A DNA stretch of 32,000 bases from Candidatus Methylomirabilis oxygeniifera (GTDB lineage: Bacteria; Methylomirabilota; Methylomirabilia; Methylomirabilales; Methylomirabilaceae), in contig FP565575.1 of assembly GCA_000091165.1 (NCBI GenBank), forward strand, positions 900,001 through 932,000. Direction: 5' to 3'. This document shows, in pieces, positions 10,603-20,342 of the stretch. Made by a program: the position numbers and the translations under genes. How positions within the stretch are numbered: the first letter of the stretch is position 1; each line of letters opens with the position of its first letter. The notes beneath the pieces were generated by a model that was not told the DNA's origin, made no database searches, and saw only the letters and a list, made by a program, of their open reading frames with translations.

Positions 10603-11871
10603 ATGGACATTATTACCCTTGGTCTCAGCCACAAGACAGCGCCGATTGAACTCCGGGAGAAATTCCATATCCCGGAGTCGGAACTGCCGGAAGTCTTGGA
10701 TGAGCTTGGCGGGTGCGGGCAGATCCTTGAGCGAATGATTCTCTCCACCTGCAACCGCGTGGAGACGTACGCTGTTGTGGACGATGTGGAGGGCGCTCGC
10801 CGGTTCCTCATAGAGTTCCTCGCCGAGCGACAGAAGCTTCCGCCGGAAGCCTTTGAGTCTTCTCTGTATCTGTTGACCGCTGACCAGGCTATCCGGCATC
10901 TCTTCCGGGTGGCGTCGAGTCTGGATGCGATGGTGGTCGGCGAGTCGCAGATCCTGGGCCAGGTGAAAGCGGCATACGCGGTTGCCCTCGAGCGGGAGGC
11001 TACGGGTCAGATCCTCAACGCCCTCATGGACAGGGCGTTGCGCGTCGCGAAGCGGGTTCGAACCGAGACCGGGATCGCCACCTCGGCCGTCTCAGTCTCG
11101 ACCGCGGCGATCGAGCTGGCCAAGAAGATCTTGGGCGACCTGACGGGTCGTACGGTGATGCTGATCGGGGCCGGGAAGATGTCGGAGTTGTCGGCCAAGC
11201 ATTTGCTGGCTGATGGCGTCGGCACGGTTCTCGTCACCAATCGGCATTTCGATCGCGCCGTCGAATTGGCAAAGCGGTGGGGCGGTCGGGCGGTCCGATA
11301 TGATTTCGCTAAGCTGGAGATGCTTAGCGCCGATATCATCATCAGTTCGACCGGAGCCCCGCACCAGATCCTCTCTAAGGACGACTTCCAGGAGATCATC
11401 GCACAGCGCCATAACCGTCCGATCTTTGTGATCGACATCGCCGTTCCCCGTGACATCGACCCCGCGGCCGGCGAGATCGAGCATGTGTACCTGTATGATC
11501 TTGATGATCTCAAGGGGGTGGTAGAGGCCAACCTTCGAGAGCGGCAGCGCGAGGCAGAACTGGCGGAGGCGATGATCGACCAGGAGGCCAAGCAGTTTGC
11601 CGAGTGGCTTGCGGGTCTGCACGTTGTCCCGACGATCGTGGCCATGCGTAAGAAGGTCGAAACGATCCGCGAGGAGGAACTCCAAAGGATTTTTACGAAG
11701 CTGCAAGACTTGACGCCGGAGGAGCGTCATGCTATCTCCCTCATGACCGGCTCGATTGTGAATAAGATCCTGCACGATCCGACGATGGAGTTGAAGCGCC
11801 AGTCGGTCTCGAAAGAGGGCCATCTTTACATCAATGTATTGCGTCGGCTCTTCGGTATCGGGGAGGAGTAA
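10603..11871 (+). CDS. hemA: Glutamyl-tRNA reductase
   Basis: LGLSHKTAPIELREKF, MILSTCNRVETYAV, VVGESQILGQVKAAY, VIDIAVPRDIDP. Confidence 0.97.
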   Translation: MDIITLGLSHKTAPIELREKFHIPESELPEVLDELGGCGQILERMILSTCNRVETYAVVDDVEGARRFLIEFLAERQKLPPEAFESSLYLLTADQAIRHLFRVASSLDAMVVGESQILGQVKAAYAVALEREATGQILNALMDRALRVAKRVRTETGIATSAVSVSTAAIELAKKILGDLTGRTVMLIGAGKMSELSAKHLLADGVGTVLVTNRHFDRAVELAKRWGGRAVRYDFAKLEMLSADIIISSTGAPHQILSKDDFQEIIAQRHNRPIFVIDIAVPRDIDPAAGEIEHVYLYDLDDLKGVVEANLRERQREAELAEAMIDQEAKQFAEWLAGLHVVPTIVAMRKKVETIREEELQRIFTKLQDLTPEERHAISLMTGSIVNKILHDPTMELKRQSVSKEGHLYINVLRRLFGIGEE

Positions 11872-11906
11872 GAGGAGGGTGCAGCGTGGAGGGTGAAAGC
11901 TAAGAG

Positions 11907-12854
11907 ATGCGTAGTCACACGGTGAAGCTGGGAACGCGGGGAAGTCCGCTGGCGCTGTGCCAGGCGGGACTGGTGACGGAAGAGCTGCGCCGGCGATGGC
12001 CCGATCTCGACGTGACCATCGTTCCTATTAAGACCTCCGGCGATAAGTTCCTTGATGTTGTCCTGTCACAGGTTGGCGGAAAAGGCCTCTTCGTCAAGGA
12101 GATCGAGGAGGCCCTGCTCGATGGCCGGATTGACCTTGCAGTCCATAGCCTGAAAGATCTGCCTGCGGAACTGGCGCCCGGTCTTTGCGAAGGAGCCGTC
12201 ATGCGCCGCGAAGACCCGCTTGATGCGCTTGTGGCGAGGAACGGCCTTCGGTTCACAGACCTCCCGCGTGGAGCCAGGATCGGCACCAGCAGCCTCCGAC
12301 GACAGGTTCAGTTCCTCCATTGTCGTCCGGATCTCCAGATCGAGTCGCTGCGCGGCAATGTACAAACGCGGCTGAACAAACTCGAGACGCTTGGCCTTGA
12401 GGCGGTGGTCCTGGCCGCCGCGGGCCTTATCCGCTTAGGGCTACAGGATCGGATTACCGAGCGCTTGCAGCCGGATCTGTGCCTGCCGGCCATCGGTCAA
12501 GGGGCCCTGGTCATCGAAATCCGGGAGGACGATCGGCAGACGGCTGAGCGTGTAGAGACGCTTAATCATCGCGAGACTCGGCAAGCGACGACGGCGGAAC
12601 GAGCGTTCCTGCGGCGCCTGGGCGGAAGCTGCGTAACCCCGATTGCTGCCTTCGGCCGGCTTGAGGGCGAGACGCTCGAGCTGACCGGTATGGTTGCCGG
12701 TCTGGATGGTAAGCGACTGCTCAGGCAGGCCGTTGTGGGGGAGGCCGGCGCGCCTGAGCAGGTGGGGCAGACGCTGGCAGATCGACTGCTTTCAGCGGGA
12801 GCGGGTGAGATCATTCGAGAGGTGAACGCCCAGCTTTCAGAGAAGCGTGGATAA
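11907..12854 (+). CDS. hemC: Porphobilinogen deaminase (hydroxymethylbilane synthase)
   Basis: KLGTRGSPLALCQAG, IAVHSLKDLPAEL, GTSSLRRQVQFLHCRPDL, RGNVQTRLNKLE, FLRRLGGSCVTPIAAF. Confidence 0.97.
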   Translation: MRSHTVKLGTRGSPLALCQAGLVTEELRRRWPDLDVTIVPIKTSGDKFLDVVLSQVGGKGLFVKEIEEALLDGRIDLAVHSLKDLPAELAPGLCEGAVMRREDPLDALVARNGLRFTDLPRGARIGTSSLRRQVQFLHCRPDLQIESLRGNVQTRLNKLETLGLEAVVLAAAGLIRLGLQDRITERLQPDLCLPAIGQGALVIEIREDDRQTAERVETLNHRETRQATTAERAFLRRLGGSCVTPIAAFGRLEGETLELTGMVAGLDGKRLLRQAVVGEAGAPEQVGQTLADRLLSAGAGEIIREVNAQLSEKRG

Positions 12855-14383
12855 TGGGGAAGGTGTATCTCATTGGCGCCGGGCCGGGTGATCCCGGCCT
12901 TTTTACTCTGCGTGGCGTCGCGTGTCTCCGTGAAGCCGATGTGATCGTATACGATTACCTCGCCAACCCGCGTCTGCTTTCGTACGCCAGGCCTGATGCT
13001 GAGTTGATCTATGTCGGCAAGAAGGGCGGTAACTCCGATGCGGCCACACAAGTAGAGATCGACCGTCTGCTGATCGAGAAGGCTCTGGCCGGAAAGGTGG
13101 TGGCGCGGCTGAAAGGTGGCGATCCGTTCATTTTCGGGCGGGGCGGCGAAGAAGGGGAGGAGCTATTTGAGGCAGGTATTCCCTTCGAGGTTGTTCCAGG
13201 GATCACTTCAGCGATAGCCGTACCGGCCTATGCAGGCATCCCGCTGACTCACCGTGATTACGCCTCGACAGTCGCCATTCTGACCGGACACGAGGATCCT
13301 TCGAAACAGACCTCGGTAATTGCATGGGAGAAGATAGCGACCGGCATCGGAACGTTGGTATTTCTGATGGGTGTCGGTAATCTTCCAACGATTGTTGATA
13401 AGCTCCTCGGGTGTGGTCGGTCCAAAGATACGCCGGCCGCCGTCATGCACTGGGGTACCAAACCCGAGCAGGAGACCGTCGCCGGCACGCTCGAGAACAT
13501 CGTGGCGCTTGCCCAGATGCGCGGGCTGGGACCGCCCGCTGTCCTTGTCGTCGGCGAGGTCGTCCGGCTTCGTGAGCGGCTGAACTGGTTCGAGCGCCGG
13601 CCGCTGTTCGGGAAGCGGATCCTTGTGACCAGGACTCGTGAGCAGGCGGGCCGGTTTGCCGAACTGCTGGAAGGACAGGGGGCGGAGGTTGTGGGGGTTC
13701 CGCTTATCGAGATTGCGCCGCCCAAAAGCTGGCAACCTGTGGACCAAGCCATCGAACGGCTTGAGACCTACAGGTGGGTGATCTTTACCAGTGCGAACGG
13801 CGTCGAGGCGTTTTTCCATCGGCTACGGGAGCTTCGTCAGGATGCCAGACGCCTGGGAGCCGCCAGGATCTGCGCCATCGGGTCTGCAACTGCCGATACT
13901 CTTGAAGGACACAATATTATCCCCGATGTCGTCCCGGTCGAATTCCGCGCGGAAGGGATCATCGAGGCGCTGAAACCGTATGATCTGCGCGGCGAGAAGA
14001 TTTTGTTGCCGCGGGCCGAAGTCGCACGAGACCTGTTGCCGAAGGAACTCGAACAACGTGGCGCAACTGTCGAGGTGGTGCCCGTATATAGAACCGTGAA
14101 ATCGACCAGTTCCGTAGAACTCTTAAAGTCAATTCTCACGGATCGGAAGATCGATCTTGTGACGTTTACCAGTTCCTCCACCGTCACGAACTTTGTGGAA
14201 GCGCTGACGCAGGAAGACCTCAAAGCGCTTTGCGAAGGCGTGCGCGTCGGGTGCATCGGCCCCATCACGAAAGAGACAGCCGAGCGCTTCGGCCTGCCGA
14301 TCGATATCGTCCCAGAGCGCTACACGATCCCATCCTTTGTTGACGCCATCGTCCAGTATTATCAAACATCGGCTGCGGGATAG
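12854..14383 (+). CDS. cobA-hemD: Fused uroporphyrinogen-III C-methyltransferase / uroporphyrinogen-III synthase
   Basis: 509 aa; N-half [54 protein letters not shown]; C-half [42 protein letters not shown]. Stop of hemC overlaps its ATG by 1 nt. Confidence 0.95.
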   Translation: MGKVYLIGAGPGDPGLFTLRGVACLREADVIVYDYLANPRLLSYARPDAELIYVGKKGGNSDAATQVEIDRLLIEKALAGKVVARLKGGDPFIFGRGGEEGEELFEAGIPFEVVPGITSAIAVPAYAGIPLTHRDYASTVAILTGHEDPSKQTSVIAWEKIATGIGTLVFLMGVGNLPTIVDKLLGCGRSKDTPAAVMHWGTKPEQETVAGTLENIVALAQMRGLGPPAVLVVGEVVRLRERLNWFERRPLFGKRILVTRTREQAGRFAELLEGQGAEVVGVPLIEIAPPKSWQPVDQAIERLETYRWVIFTSANGVEAFFHRLRELRQDARRLGAARICAIGSATADTLEGHNIIPDVVPVEFRAEGIIEALKPYDLRGEKILLPRAEVARDLLPKELEQRGATVEVVPVYRTVKSTSSVELLKSILTDRKIDLVTFTSSSTVTNFVEALTQEDLKALCEGVRVGCIGPITKETAERFGLPIDIVPERYTIPSFVDAIVQYYQTSAAG

Positions 14384-14454
14384 CGTGAGTCGGGTTCCTA
14401 GTGTTCCTTCGAAATAGTATTGAGCAATCAGTGCTCAACCGGCAGCTTCAGATA

Positions 14455-14542
14455 AACCCCCCTGTCCCCCCTTTCAAAAAAAGGGGGGACACTTCTACGT
14501 TTCCTTGCCTCCCCCTTTCATAAAGGGGGATTGAGGGGGTTT
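14455..14542. repeat. Nested C/G-rich foldback element
   Basis: Outer AAACCCCC (14455-14462) / GGGGGTTT (14535-14542); inner perfect 12-bp hairpin TGTCCCCCCTTT (14463-14474) / AAAGGGGGGACA (14480-14491); second hairpin TCCCCCTTT (14510-14518) / AAAGGGGGA (14522-14530). Confidence 0.8.
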
Positions 14543-14562
14543 TCGTGCACCGTGGTGCGGCC

Positions 14563-14853
14563 ATGGCCACATGGGAGGACCGATTGGCCAAACGAAGTGA
14601 CAGCGCGATTATGTTGCTGGTGATCCTCATATTGGGGGCGCTGATCGGGACCGTGATCGGAGAGGTCATCGCGACCGTAGCGCCCGGCGGGACACTGGAA
14701 AAGATTTTCAGCAAGGGGATCAACCCCGGTCTCTCCCCGCCCGCAACCCTCGACCTGAAGATACTGAGTCTTTCCTTCGGTTTTACCGTGAAGATCAATC
14801 TCTCAAGTCTGCTTGGCATCGGCTTGGCCCTTTTGGTCTATCGGAAACTGTGA
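14563..14853 (+). CDS. DUF4321-like small membrane protein
   Basis: MLLVILILGALIGTVIGEVIATVAPGG...LDLKILSLSFGFTVKINLSSLLGIGLALLVYRKL; overlaps maf start. Confidence 0.75.
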   Translation: MATWEDRLAKRSDSAIMLLVILILGALIGTVIGEVIATVAPGGTLEKIFSKGINPGLSPPATLDLKILSLSFGFTVKINLSSLLGIGLALLVYRKL

Positions 14854-15440
14854 TCATCCTGGCTTCTGCTTCTCCGCGACGTGAGGCGTTGCTTCAGGCG
14901 TTGTGGGTCGAGCATCGGATCATCCCCAGCTTGATTGACGAAGCGGGTCCGCTGCCTGGGACGACGACGGCATGCCACGCTGAGGCCCTGGCCCTTCGAA
15001 AGGCGGCCGAGGTGGCAGCTCGGGTAGGGGAGGGGTTGGTCCTTGGCGCAGACACCATCGTCGAATGTGACGGTCGCCCGCTGGGTAAGCCAAAAGATCG
15101 GGACGAAGCTCGCGAGTTTCTGCGCCTGTTAAGCGGCCGGAGCCATCTGGTCGTAACGGGGCTTGCGCTCGTCCAGATCTCTGATGGTCGAACGGAGATC
15201 GGACACGAGGTGACCGAGGTCCGGATGCGGGCCTTGTCGGATGAGGAGATTGACGCCTATGTTCGGACGGACGAGCCGTTTGATAAGGCCGGCGGCTACG
15301 CGATCCAGGGGACGGCCGAGGACTTCATCGAGGGGATCAAGGGCAGCTTCACCAACGTCGTCGGCCTCCCCCTCGGCAGGCTCCGCATACTCCTCCTCCG
15401 CTTCGGCATCGACCCACTCCGCCGACAGGTCTCTGCATAG
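14850..15440 (+). CDS. maf: Maf-like nucleoside triphosphate pyrophosphatase
   Basis: ILASASPRREALLQAL, VLGADTIVECDGRPLGKPKDRDEAREFLRLLSGRSHLVVTG, DKAGGYAIQG. Confidence 0.95.
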   Translation: MIILASASPRREALLQALWVEHRIIPSLIDEAGPLPGTTTACHAEALALRKAAEVAARVGEGLVLGADTIVECDGRPLGKPKDRDEAREFLRLLSGRSHLVVTGLALVQISDGRTEIGHEVTEVRMRALSDEEIDAYVRTDEPFDKAGGYAIQGTAEDFIEGIKGSFTNVVGLPLGRLRILLLRFGIDPLRRQVSA

Positions 15441-15490
15441 CGCTACAGCCCGCAACAATGAACGTCATTGCTTCGAAAGTTCCCCGGTCG

Positions 15491-15589
15491 GTCATTGCGA
15501 GGGAGCGCAGCGATCGAAGCAATCTCACCATTTTTCGCACCCTCAAAAATGATGAGATTGCCGCGGTCCCGTTAGTCGCTCGCAATGAC
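15491..15589. repeat. Foldback intergenic repeat, copy B
   Basis: GTCATTGCGAG (15491-15501) / CTCGCAATGAC (15579-15589) with internal GAAGCAATCTCA / TGAGATTGCCGC, matching copy A at 6968. Confidence 0.85.
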
Positions 15590-16424
15590 GCCGGGATGGA
15601 TTGGATCTCTCGCCCCTAAGACTTTCATGCTTATGGGCGCCCCCGTGGCGTATGGATTCTTCTTCGAGCATCCCTCCCTCAAGGTCCGCTTCCCCCCTTC
15701 AGAGCCTACCCCGAACTCGGGCCATGAAGGAAGGCACGGATTGGGGGGTGAAGCAATGGCATATCGCTATCTCTCTGTTTGGAGCCACGGAATCGTGTTG
15801 CATTCTAGGTACTACTATCGTAGAGTTCGTCCAAGAAGGGTCGGATAACATCTGTTAGGCCTCTGAGGTCAGGAGATCGCACCGATCTATACCGGTTCAA
15901 CAAATAGCTACGGTAGGCTGCATGGTTGCGTATGCCTTTTCGATCTTCGTAGCGATAATTTCGAAATCATCCAGAACACTCTGAACTGTTACGATTTCCT
16001 TGGCCCTTCGTGGTTTTCCAAGCATGGTAGAAAGTATATTACCTGGGATCTGGCCTACCTCTTTCTGAGTCCACAATACCATAATCGACTCATTCCCAAT
16101 TCACAGGTATATGAGCATGACCGAGAAACGGGACAATGCCTCCAAGCTGTACCCAAGTCCGAGGTTTGGATAGAGGACAGGATTCCACTGTGTTGGATTG
16201 GGAGTGCACTACTCGTAAAGATGAAAGTACCAGCGCCAGTACGTAAGCTCACTCGGGCTCTTTTAAAAGTCGATAGGCGCGTACGTATGAACCACTGATA
16301 AGGCTATGATCGGTAGGGGAGATCGGTAACAAAACGATCTGGGGATATGGGCTACGCATTTCGGCTGGAAGCGTTTTAGCTCCGCCGGCGGGTTGGAAAT
16401 ACTTCATGTTTCTCCCCTGTCTGT

Positions 16425-16457
16425 GCTAACCTGACTGCCGGCCGGCACTGGGTTAGC
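16425..16457. repeat. 33-bp imperfect palindrome
   Basis: GCTAACC tgact GCCGGCCGGC actg GGTTAGC, upstream of the DUF4160 gene. Confidence 0.5.
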
Positions 16458-16568
16458 CCTGCCGCAAAGAATGCGGTATACTCCTGACCAAGCAAGGAAA
16501 ACTCCAAGACAATTGTCGAGACGATCGAGTGCGCTGTTGTGCCCGAAAGATGCAAATAGGGAGCCTAC

Positions 16569-16805
16569 TTGCCTACGGTTCTAAGGTCAGGCCCGTACCG
16601 GTTCTTCTTCTACGCGGGTGACCGCGACGAACCACAACACGTTCATGTGGAGCGAGACGATAAAATCGCAAAGTTCTGGCTCGATCCCATTCGGTTGCAA
16701 AGCAGCGGTGGTTTTTCGCGCGCCGAGATTGCGCGTATTGAAAAGTTGGTGAGCCATCACCGAATCGAACTGACGGAGGCGTGGAATGAGTACTTCGGCT
16801 GTTGA
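16569..16805 (+). CDS. DUF4160 domain protein
   Basis: 78 aa; MPTVLRSGPYRFFFYAGDRDEPQHVHVERDDKIAKFWLDPIRLQSSGGFS; TTG start. Confidence 0.88.
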   Translation: MPTVLRSGPYRFFFYAGDRDEPQHVHVERDDKIAKFWLDPIRLQSSGGFSRAEIARIEKLVSHHRIELTEAWNEYFGC

Positions 16806-17136
16806 GTTGGAAATCCCATTTGCGGAGAACGTCACTGTATCCGACGACACGCTATCAGTCGACTTGAGCGACGGGCGGAGCATCTCCGTTCCACTTGCGT
16901 GGTATCCGCGATTGTTGCATGCATCATCGGCTGAACGAAAGCGCTGGCGCCTGATCGGCCGAGGTCTGGGAATCCATTGGGATGATCTCGACGAGGACAT
17001 CAGCGTTGAGGGCTTGCTGGCAGGGAAACCATCGGGGGAGAGCCAGGCGTCTTTCAGTAGATGGCTTGCCAAACGGTCATCACGCCCAACAACGCGCTCA
17101 ACGCGGGCGCGCGAAAAGGCGCCGCGTGCCGGTTAG
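16786..17136 (+). CDS. DUF2442 domain protein
   Basis: 116 aa; VTVSDDTLSVDLSDGRSISVPLAWYPRLLHASSAERKRWRLIGRGLGIHWDDLDEDISVEGLLAG; overlaps the DUF4160 gene by 20 nt. Confidence 0.88.
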   Translation: MSTSAVELEIPFAENVTVSDDTLSVDLSDGRSISVPLAWYPRLLHASSAERKRWRLIGRGLGIHWDDLDEDISVEGLLAGKPSGESQASFSRWLAKRSSRPTTRSTRAREKAPRAG

Positions 17137-17262
17137 TGCGGCCGTGTACCCGGTATTCTGGATGAAGTCGTGGTGGCGTACCGGGAGAAGGCCACGGTTG
17201 GGATGTACGCAATCCTGGCGGACGGTGAGGGTATTCACTGGCCGGATGTCGATGAGGACTGA
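17137..17262 (+). pseudogene. In-frame DUF2442-like remnant
   Basis: Directly after TAG 17134-17136 and in the same frame: CGRVPGILDEVVVAYREKATVGMYAILADGEGIHWPDVDED*, whose end resembles GRGLGIHWDDLDED of the upstream gene. Confidence 0.45.
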
Positions 17263-17307
17263 AGCGTTGCGGGTCTGCTCCGCGGCACGCACTGAGCTCA
17301 CGCAGCC

Positions 17308-17901
17308 ATGGTGAATCGGATCGACACGAAGCAGGAATATATTCTGGGGATTACCGGGGCGAGCGGGGCGGTTTTAGGCATTCGCACGCTCGAAGTGCTC
17401 CGCGAGCTTGGTCTGCCTGTCCATCTGATCGTGTCCCAAGGGGCGAAGGCGACGCTTCGGGAAGAGTGCGGACGCACAGTGGAGGATCTCAAGCGCCTCG
17501 CCACCTTTTTCCATGACGATCGGGATCTCGGCGCGTCCATTTCGAGCGGCTCCTATGTCTCACCCAACGTGAGCGCGATGATTGTCGCACCGTGTTCGAT
17601 GAAGAGTCTGGCGGCCATTGCTACCGGCTACGCTGAGACCTTGATCGCTCGAGCGGCCGACGTCGTTCTGAAGGAGGGGAAGCGCCTTGCGCTTGTGGTG
17701 AGGGAGAGCCCCTTCACTGCCATCCATCTCGAACAGATGTTGACATTGGCGAGGGCGGGCGTCAGAATCGTCCCGCCGGTACCGCCGTTCTATCAGAAGG
17801 CAACAACGGTCGAAGAGTTGGTGGACCAGATTGTCGGGAGGGTGTTGGACCAGATCGGGCTCCATACCGACCTGCCCAATCGATGGCGGGGCGCAGATTA
17901 A
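17308..17901 (+). CDS. ubiX: UbiX family flavin prenyltransferase
   Basis: LGITGASGAVLGIRTLEVLRELG, VSAMIVAPCSMKSLAAIATGYAETLIARAADVVLKEGKRLALVVRESPF. Confidence 0.95.
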   Translation: MVNRIDTKQEYILGITGASGAVLGIRTLEVLRELGLPVHLIVSQGAKATLREECGRTVEDLKRLATFFHDDRDLGASISSGSYVSPNVSAMIVAPCSMKSLAAIATGYAETLIARAADVVLKEGKRLALVVRESPFTAIHLEQMLTLARAGVRIVPPVPPFYQKATTVEELVDQIVGRVLDQIGLHTDLPNRWRGAD

Positions 17902-18092
17902 CGATTCGATTACCATTGGTCGTCACACGCATCTGAAGCGTTATCCACTTCCGTCCGCTGCCGTTCCATGTTATACAGTAAACGTGAGTAGCCAGTCCGT
18001 TGGTTAGACTGAAGGCTAAAGACTGAACTACATGTTGCTTCTAAAAACCTTCAACCTTCAGCCTATATACCTGACATAAAGGATAATCTGAC

Positions 18093-18770
18093 ATGATGGG
18101 ACAGGGGATCTTTCAGGTTATGGCTCAAGGCGGGATCACCATGGTGGTCCTCGCCATATTTTCGATCTTTTCGCTCGCGGTGATCGGTGAGCGGTTTTAT
18201 ACGTTTTATAAAGCTCAGCAAGCGACAGGACGGGTCGCCGAGAAGGGGCTCCAGTATGTCGCGGATGGGAAAATGGCTGAGGCACTCCGCCTGTGCGAGC
18301 AGAACGATGGCAGTCCGGTCGCCAAGGTCCTCCAGGCCGGGCTTCTGGCCATCATTGATCGGGGAGATCCGACTCTCTCGGGAAAACAGTTTCCGCGTCG
18401 GCTGGAATCGTGTAAGGGGGCGATGCAGCGGACCACCTCAGCAGAAATCTCCCGCCTGGAACGGTACCTGGGTTCATTGGCGACGCTCGGCAATGTCAGT
18501 CCGTTTGTCGGTCTCTTCGGGACCGTTCTGGGAATTATTCGAGCGTTTGAGGCGATCGCCAAGGTGGGATCAGGCGGGATCGGCACAGTATCAGCCGGAA
18601 TTGCCGAGGCGCTCGTGGCAACAGCGGCCGGTCTGTTCGTGGCGATTCCCGCAGTCATCGCGTACAATTACTTCGTCGGCAGAGTAAAACTCTTTACCGC
18701 GGCAATGGACAGTGCAGCCTCGGAAATGGTGGACAGGCTGTTGGATCAGGCCGCTCCTCAAGAGGATTAA
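18093..18770 (+). CDS. MotA/TolQ/ExbB proton channel family protein
   Basis: 225 aa; LERYLGSLATLGNVSPFVGLFGTVLGIIRAFEAIA...GIAEALVATAAGLFVAIPAVIAYN. Confidence 0.95.
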   Translation: MMGQGIFQVMAQGGITMVVLAIFSIFSLAVIGERFYTFYKAQQATGRVAEKGLQYVADGKMAEALRLCEQNDGSPVAKVLQAGLLAIIDRGDPTLSGKQFPRRLESCKGAMQRTTSAEISRLERYLGSLATLGNVSPFVGLFGTVLGIIRAFEAIAKVGSGGIGTVSAGIAEALVATAAGLFVAIPAVIAYNYFVGRVKLFTAAMDSAASEMVDRLLDQAAPQED

Positions 18771-18775
18771 AAAGG

Positions 18776-19192
18776 ATGGGCATGCAGTCTAACAATGGGA
18801 AAGATCGACGAATGTTGTCGGAAATCAACGTGACCCCTCTGGTGGACGTGACGCTCGTCCTGCTGATCATCTTTATGGTGACGACGCCGATGCTCCAGCG
18901 AGGGACCGACGTCCAGCTCCCAACCGCGCAGGCGTCTCAAGTGAAAGAGGAGCAGCGCATTACCTTGACAGTGACAAGAGATAGCCGCATTTTCGTCGAT
19001 AATGAAGAAGTACCAAGACAGAATCTTGAAACCCGCCTCAAATCTATAGCCGGTCCTGGAAAGGAGCGAGTGCTCTACCTGCGTGGCGATGCCAGAGTTC
19101 CTTACGGCTTTGTGATCGAGGTGATGGATGCCATCAAGTCTTCCGGGATTGAGACGGTCGGGATGATTACCGACCGGCCAGGGTCCCGATAG
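18776..19192 (+). CDS. ExbD/TolR family protein
   Basis: 138 aa; SEINVTPLVDVTLVLLIIFMVTTPMLQ. Confidence 0.95.
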   Translation: MGMQSNNGKDRRMLSEINVTPLVDVTLVLLIIFMVTTPMLQRGTDVQLPTAQASQVKEEQRITLTVTRDSRIFVDNEEVPRQNLETRLKSIAGPGKERVLYLRGDARVPYGFVIEVMDAIKSSGIETVGMITDRPGSR

Positions 19193-19220
19193 CTCGCCGC
19201 ATTGTCGAAAGTCGCCCGGC

Positions 19221-19838
19221 ATGTTCAGATTGATCCCTCGGGAAGAGAAGTTCTTCGAGTTCTTCGAGAAGGCGGCCAATAACATATTGGAAGGCGCAAG
19301 AATCCTCGTTCAGATGACGGAGGAAGGCGGCGCAAACCTTCAGGAACGATGGAAACGACTCGAAGAGCTTGAGCATGTGGGCGATAAGATTACTCATCAG
19401 ATCATTCGAGAGCTGAACCGGACCTTCATTACTCCCATCGACCGCGAAGATATTCACAGCCTGGCTGTGGCGCTGGATGACGTCATGGATCTGATCGAGG
19501 CGTCGGCGGCTCGCATGAGTATGTATAAGATCAAGCAACCTACCGAGGAGGCGGGGAAGCTTGCCCATGTGATCCTGAAATCGGCGGAGGAGATCGTCAA
19601 AGCGGTGTCGAGCCCCGAACGGCTGGACGATGTGATGGAGCATTGCATCGAGATTAATCGGCTGGAGAACATGGCTGATGAGATCAGCCGAGAGGCGATT
19701 GCCGACCTGTTTGACAAAGGGCACGACCCGATAGACGTGATTAAGTGGAAAGAGATTTACGAAACAATGGAGACGACGACCGACCGATGTGAAGATGCGG
19801 CCAACATCGTCGAATCCCTGGTGTTGAAAAGTACCTGA
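19221..19838 (+). CDS. DUF47 family PhoU-like protein (stand-alone)
   Basis: 205 aa; FFEFFEKAANNILEGARILVQM...LEHVGDKITHQIIRELNRTFITPIDREDIHSLAVALDDVMDLIEA. Confidence 0.93.
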   Translation: MFRLIPREEKFFEFFEKAANNILEGARILVQMTEEGGANLQERWKRLEELEHVGDKITHQIIRELNRTFITPIDREDIHSLAVALDDVMDLIEASAARMSMYKIKQPTEEAGKLAHVILKSAEEIVKAVSSPERLDDVMEHCIEINRLENMADEISREAIADLFDKGHDPIDVIKWKEIYETMETTTDRCEDAANIVESLVLKST

Positions 19839-20054
19839 TACGCACAACCTATCAATCGGGGAGATCTCTCGCATCACCTCTGATGGCGGCTTTTCCCGGC
19901 AGTGTCGTTGAATTAATGGCTCCCACCGCCTCCTTTCTTTACTCTCCGGACGATCTGAAATTAATCGACTCGGACTTGACTTTCCTGCCGGGTCAGGGGT
20001 AGGCTGAGTTACGGGATACGGATCGGTCGTTCACGTATGTGAGGAGTATGTACG

Positions 20055-20342
20055 ATGTTCGGACTGGGGATGCAGGAGCTGATTGTCATCTTTGTCATCG
20101 CGCTCCTGGTCTTTGGCCCAAAGAAACTGCCTCAGCTTGCGCGATCGCTGGGTCGTGGCGTGGCGGAGTTTAAGCGAGCGTCTGAAGAGCTGAAGGAAGG
20201 GCTGTCTGCCGAGTTATCAACAGAGGATGCGAAGGCGGATGCGTCGGCCCAGCAACCGCAGTACATCGCCAAAGATGAAGCGCCTCCGACTATAGATCCT
20301 GAGGAAAAGCCGAAGGAAACGCACGAGATCCGGAATGTCTGA
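20055..20342 (+). CDS. tatA: Sec-independent translocase TatA/E family
   Basis: [40 protein letters not shown]. Confidence 0.92.
   Translation: MFGLGMQELIVIFVIALLVFGPKKLPQLARSLGRGVAEFKRASEELKEGLSAELSTEDAKADASAQQPQYIAKDEAPPTIDPEEKPKETHEIRNV

Noticed and set aside
15585-15858. Plus-strand ORFs of 87 and 85 aa
   Set aside because: They begin within or beside the foldback repeat, overlap each other in different frames and show no coding character.
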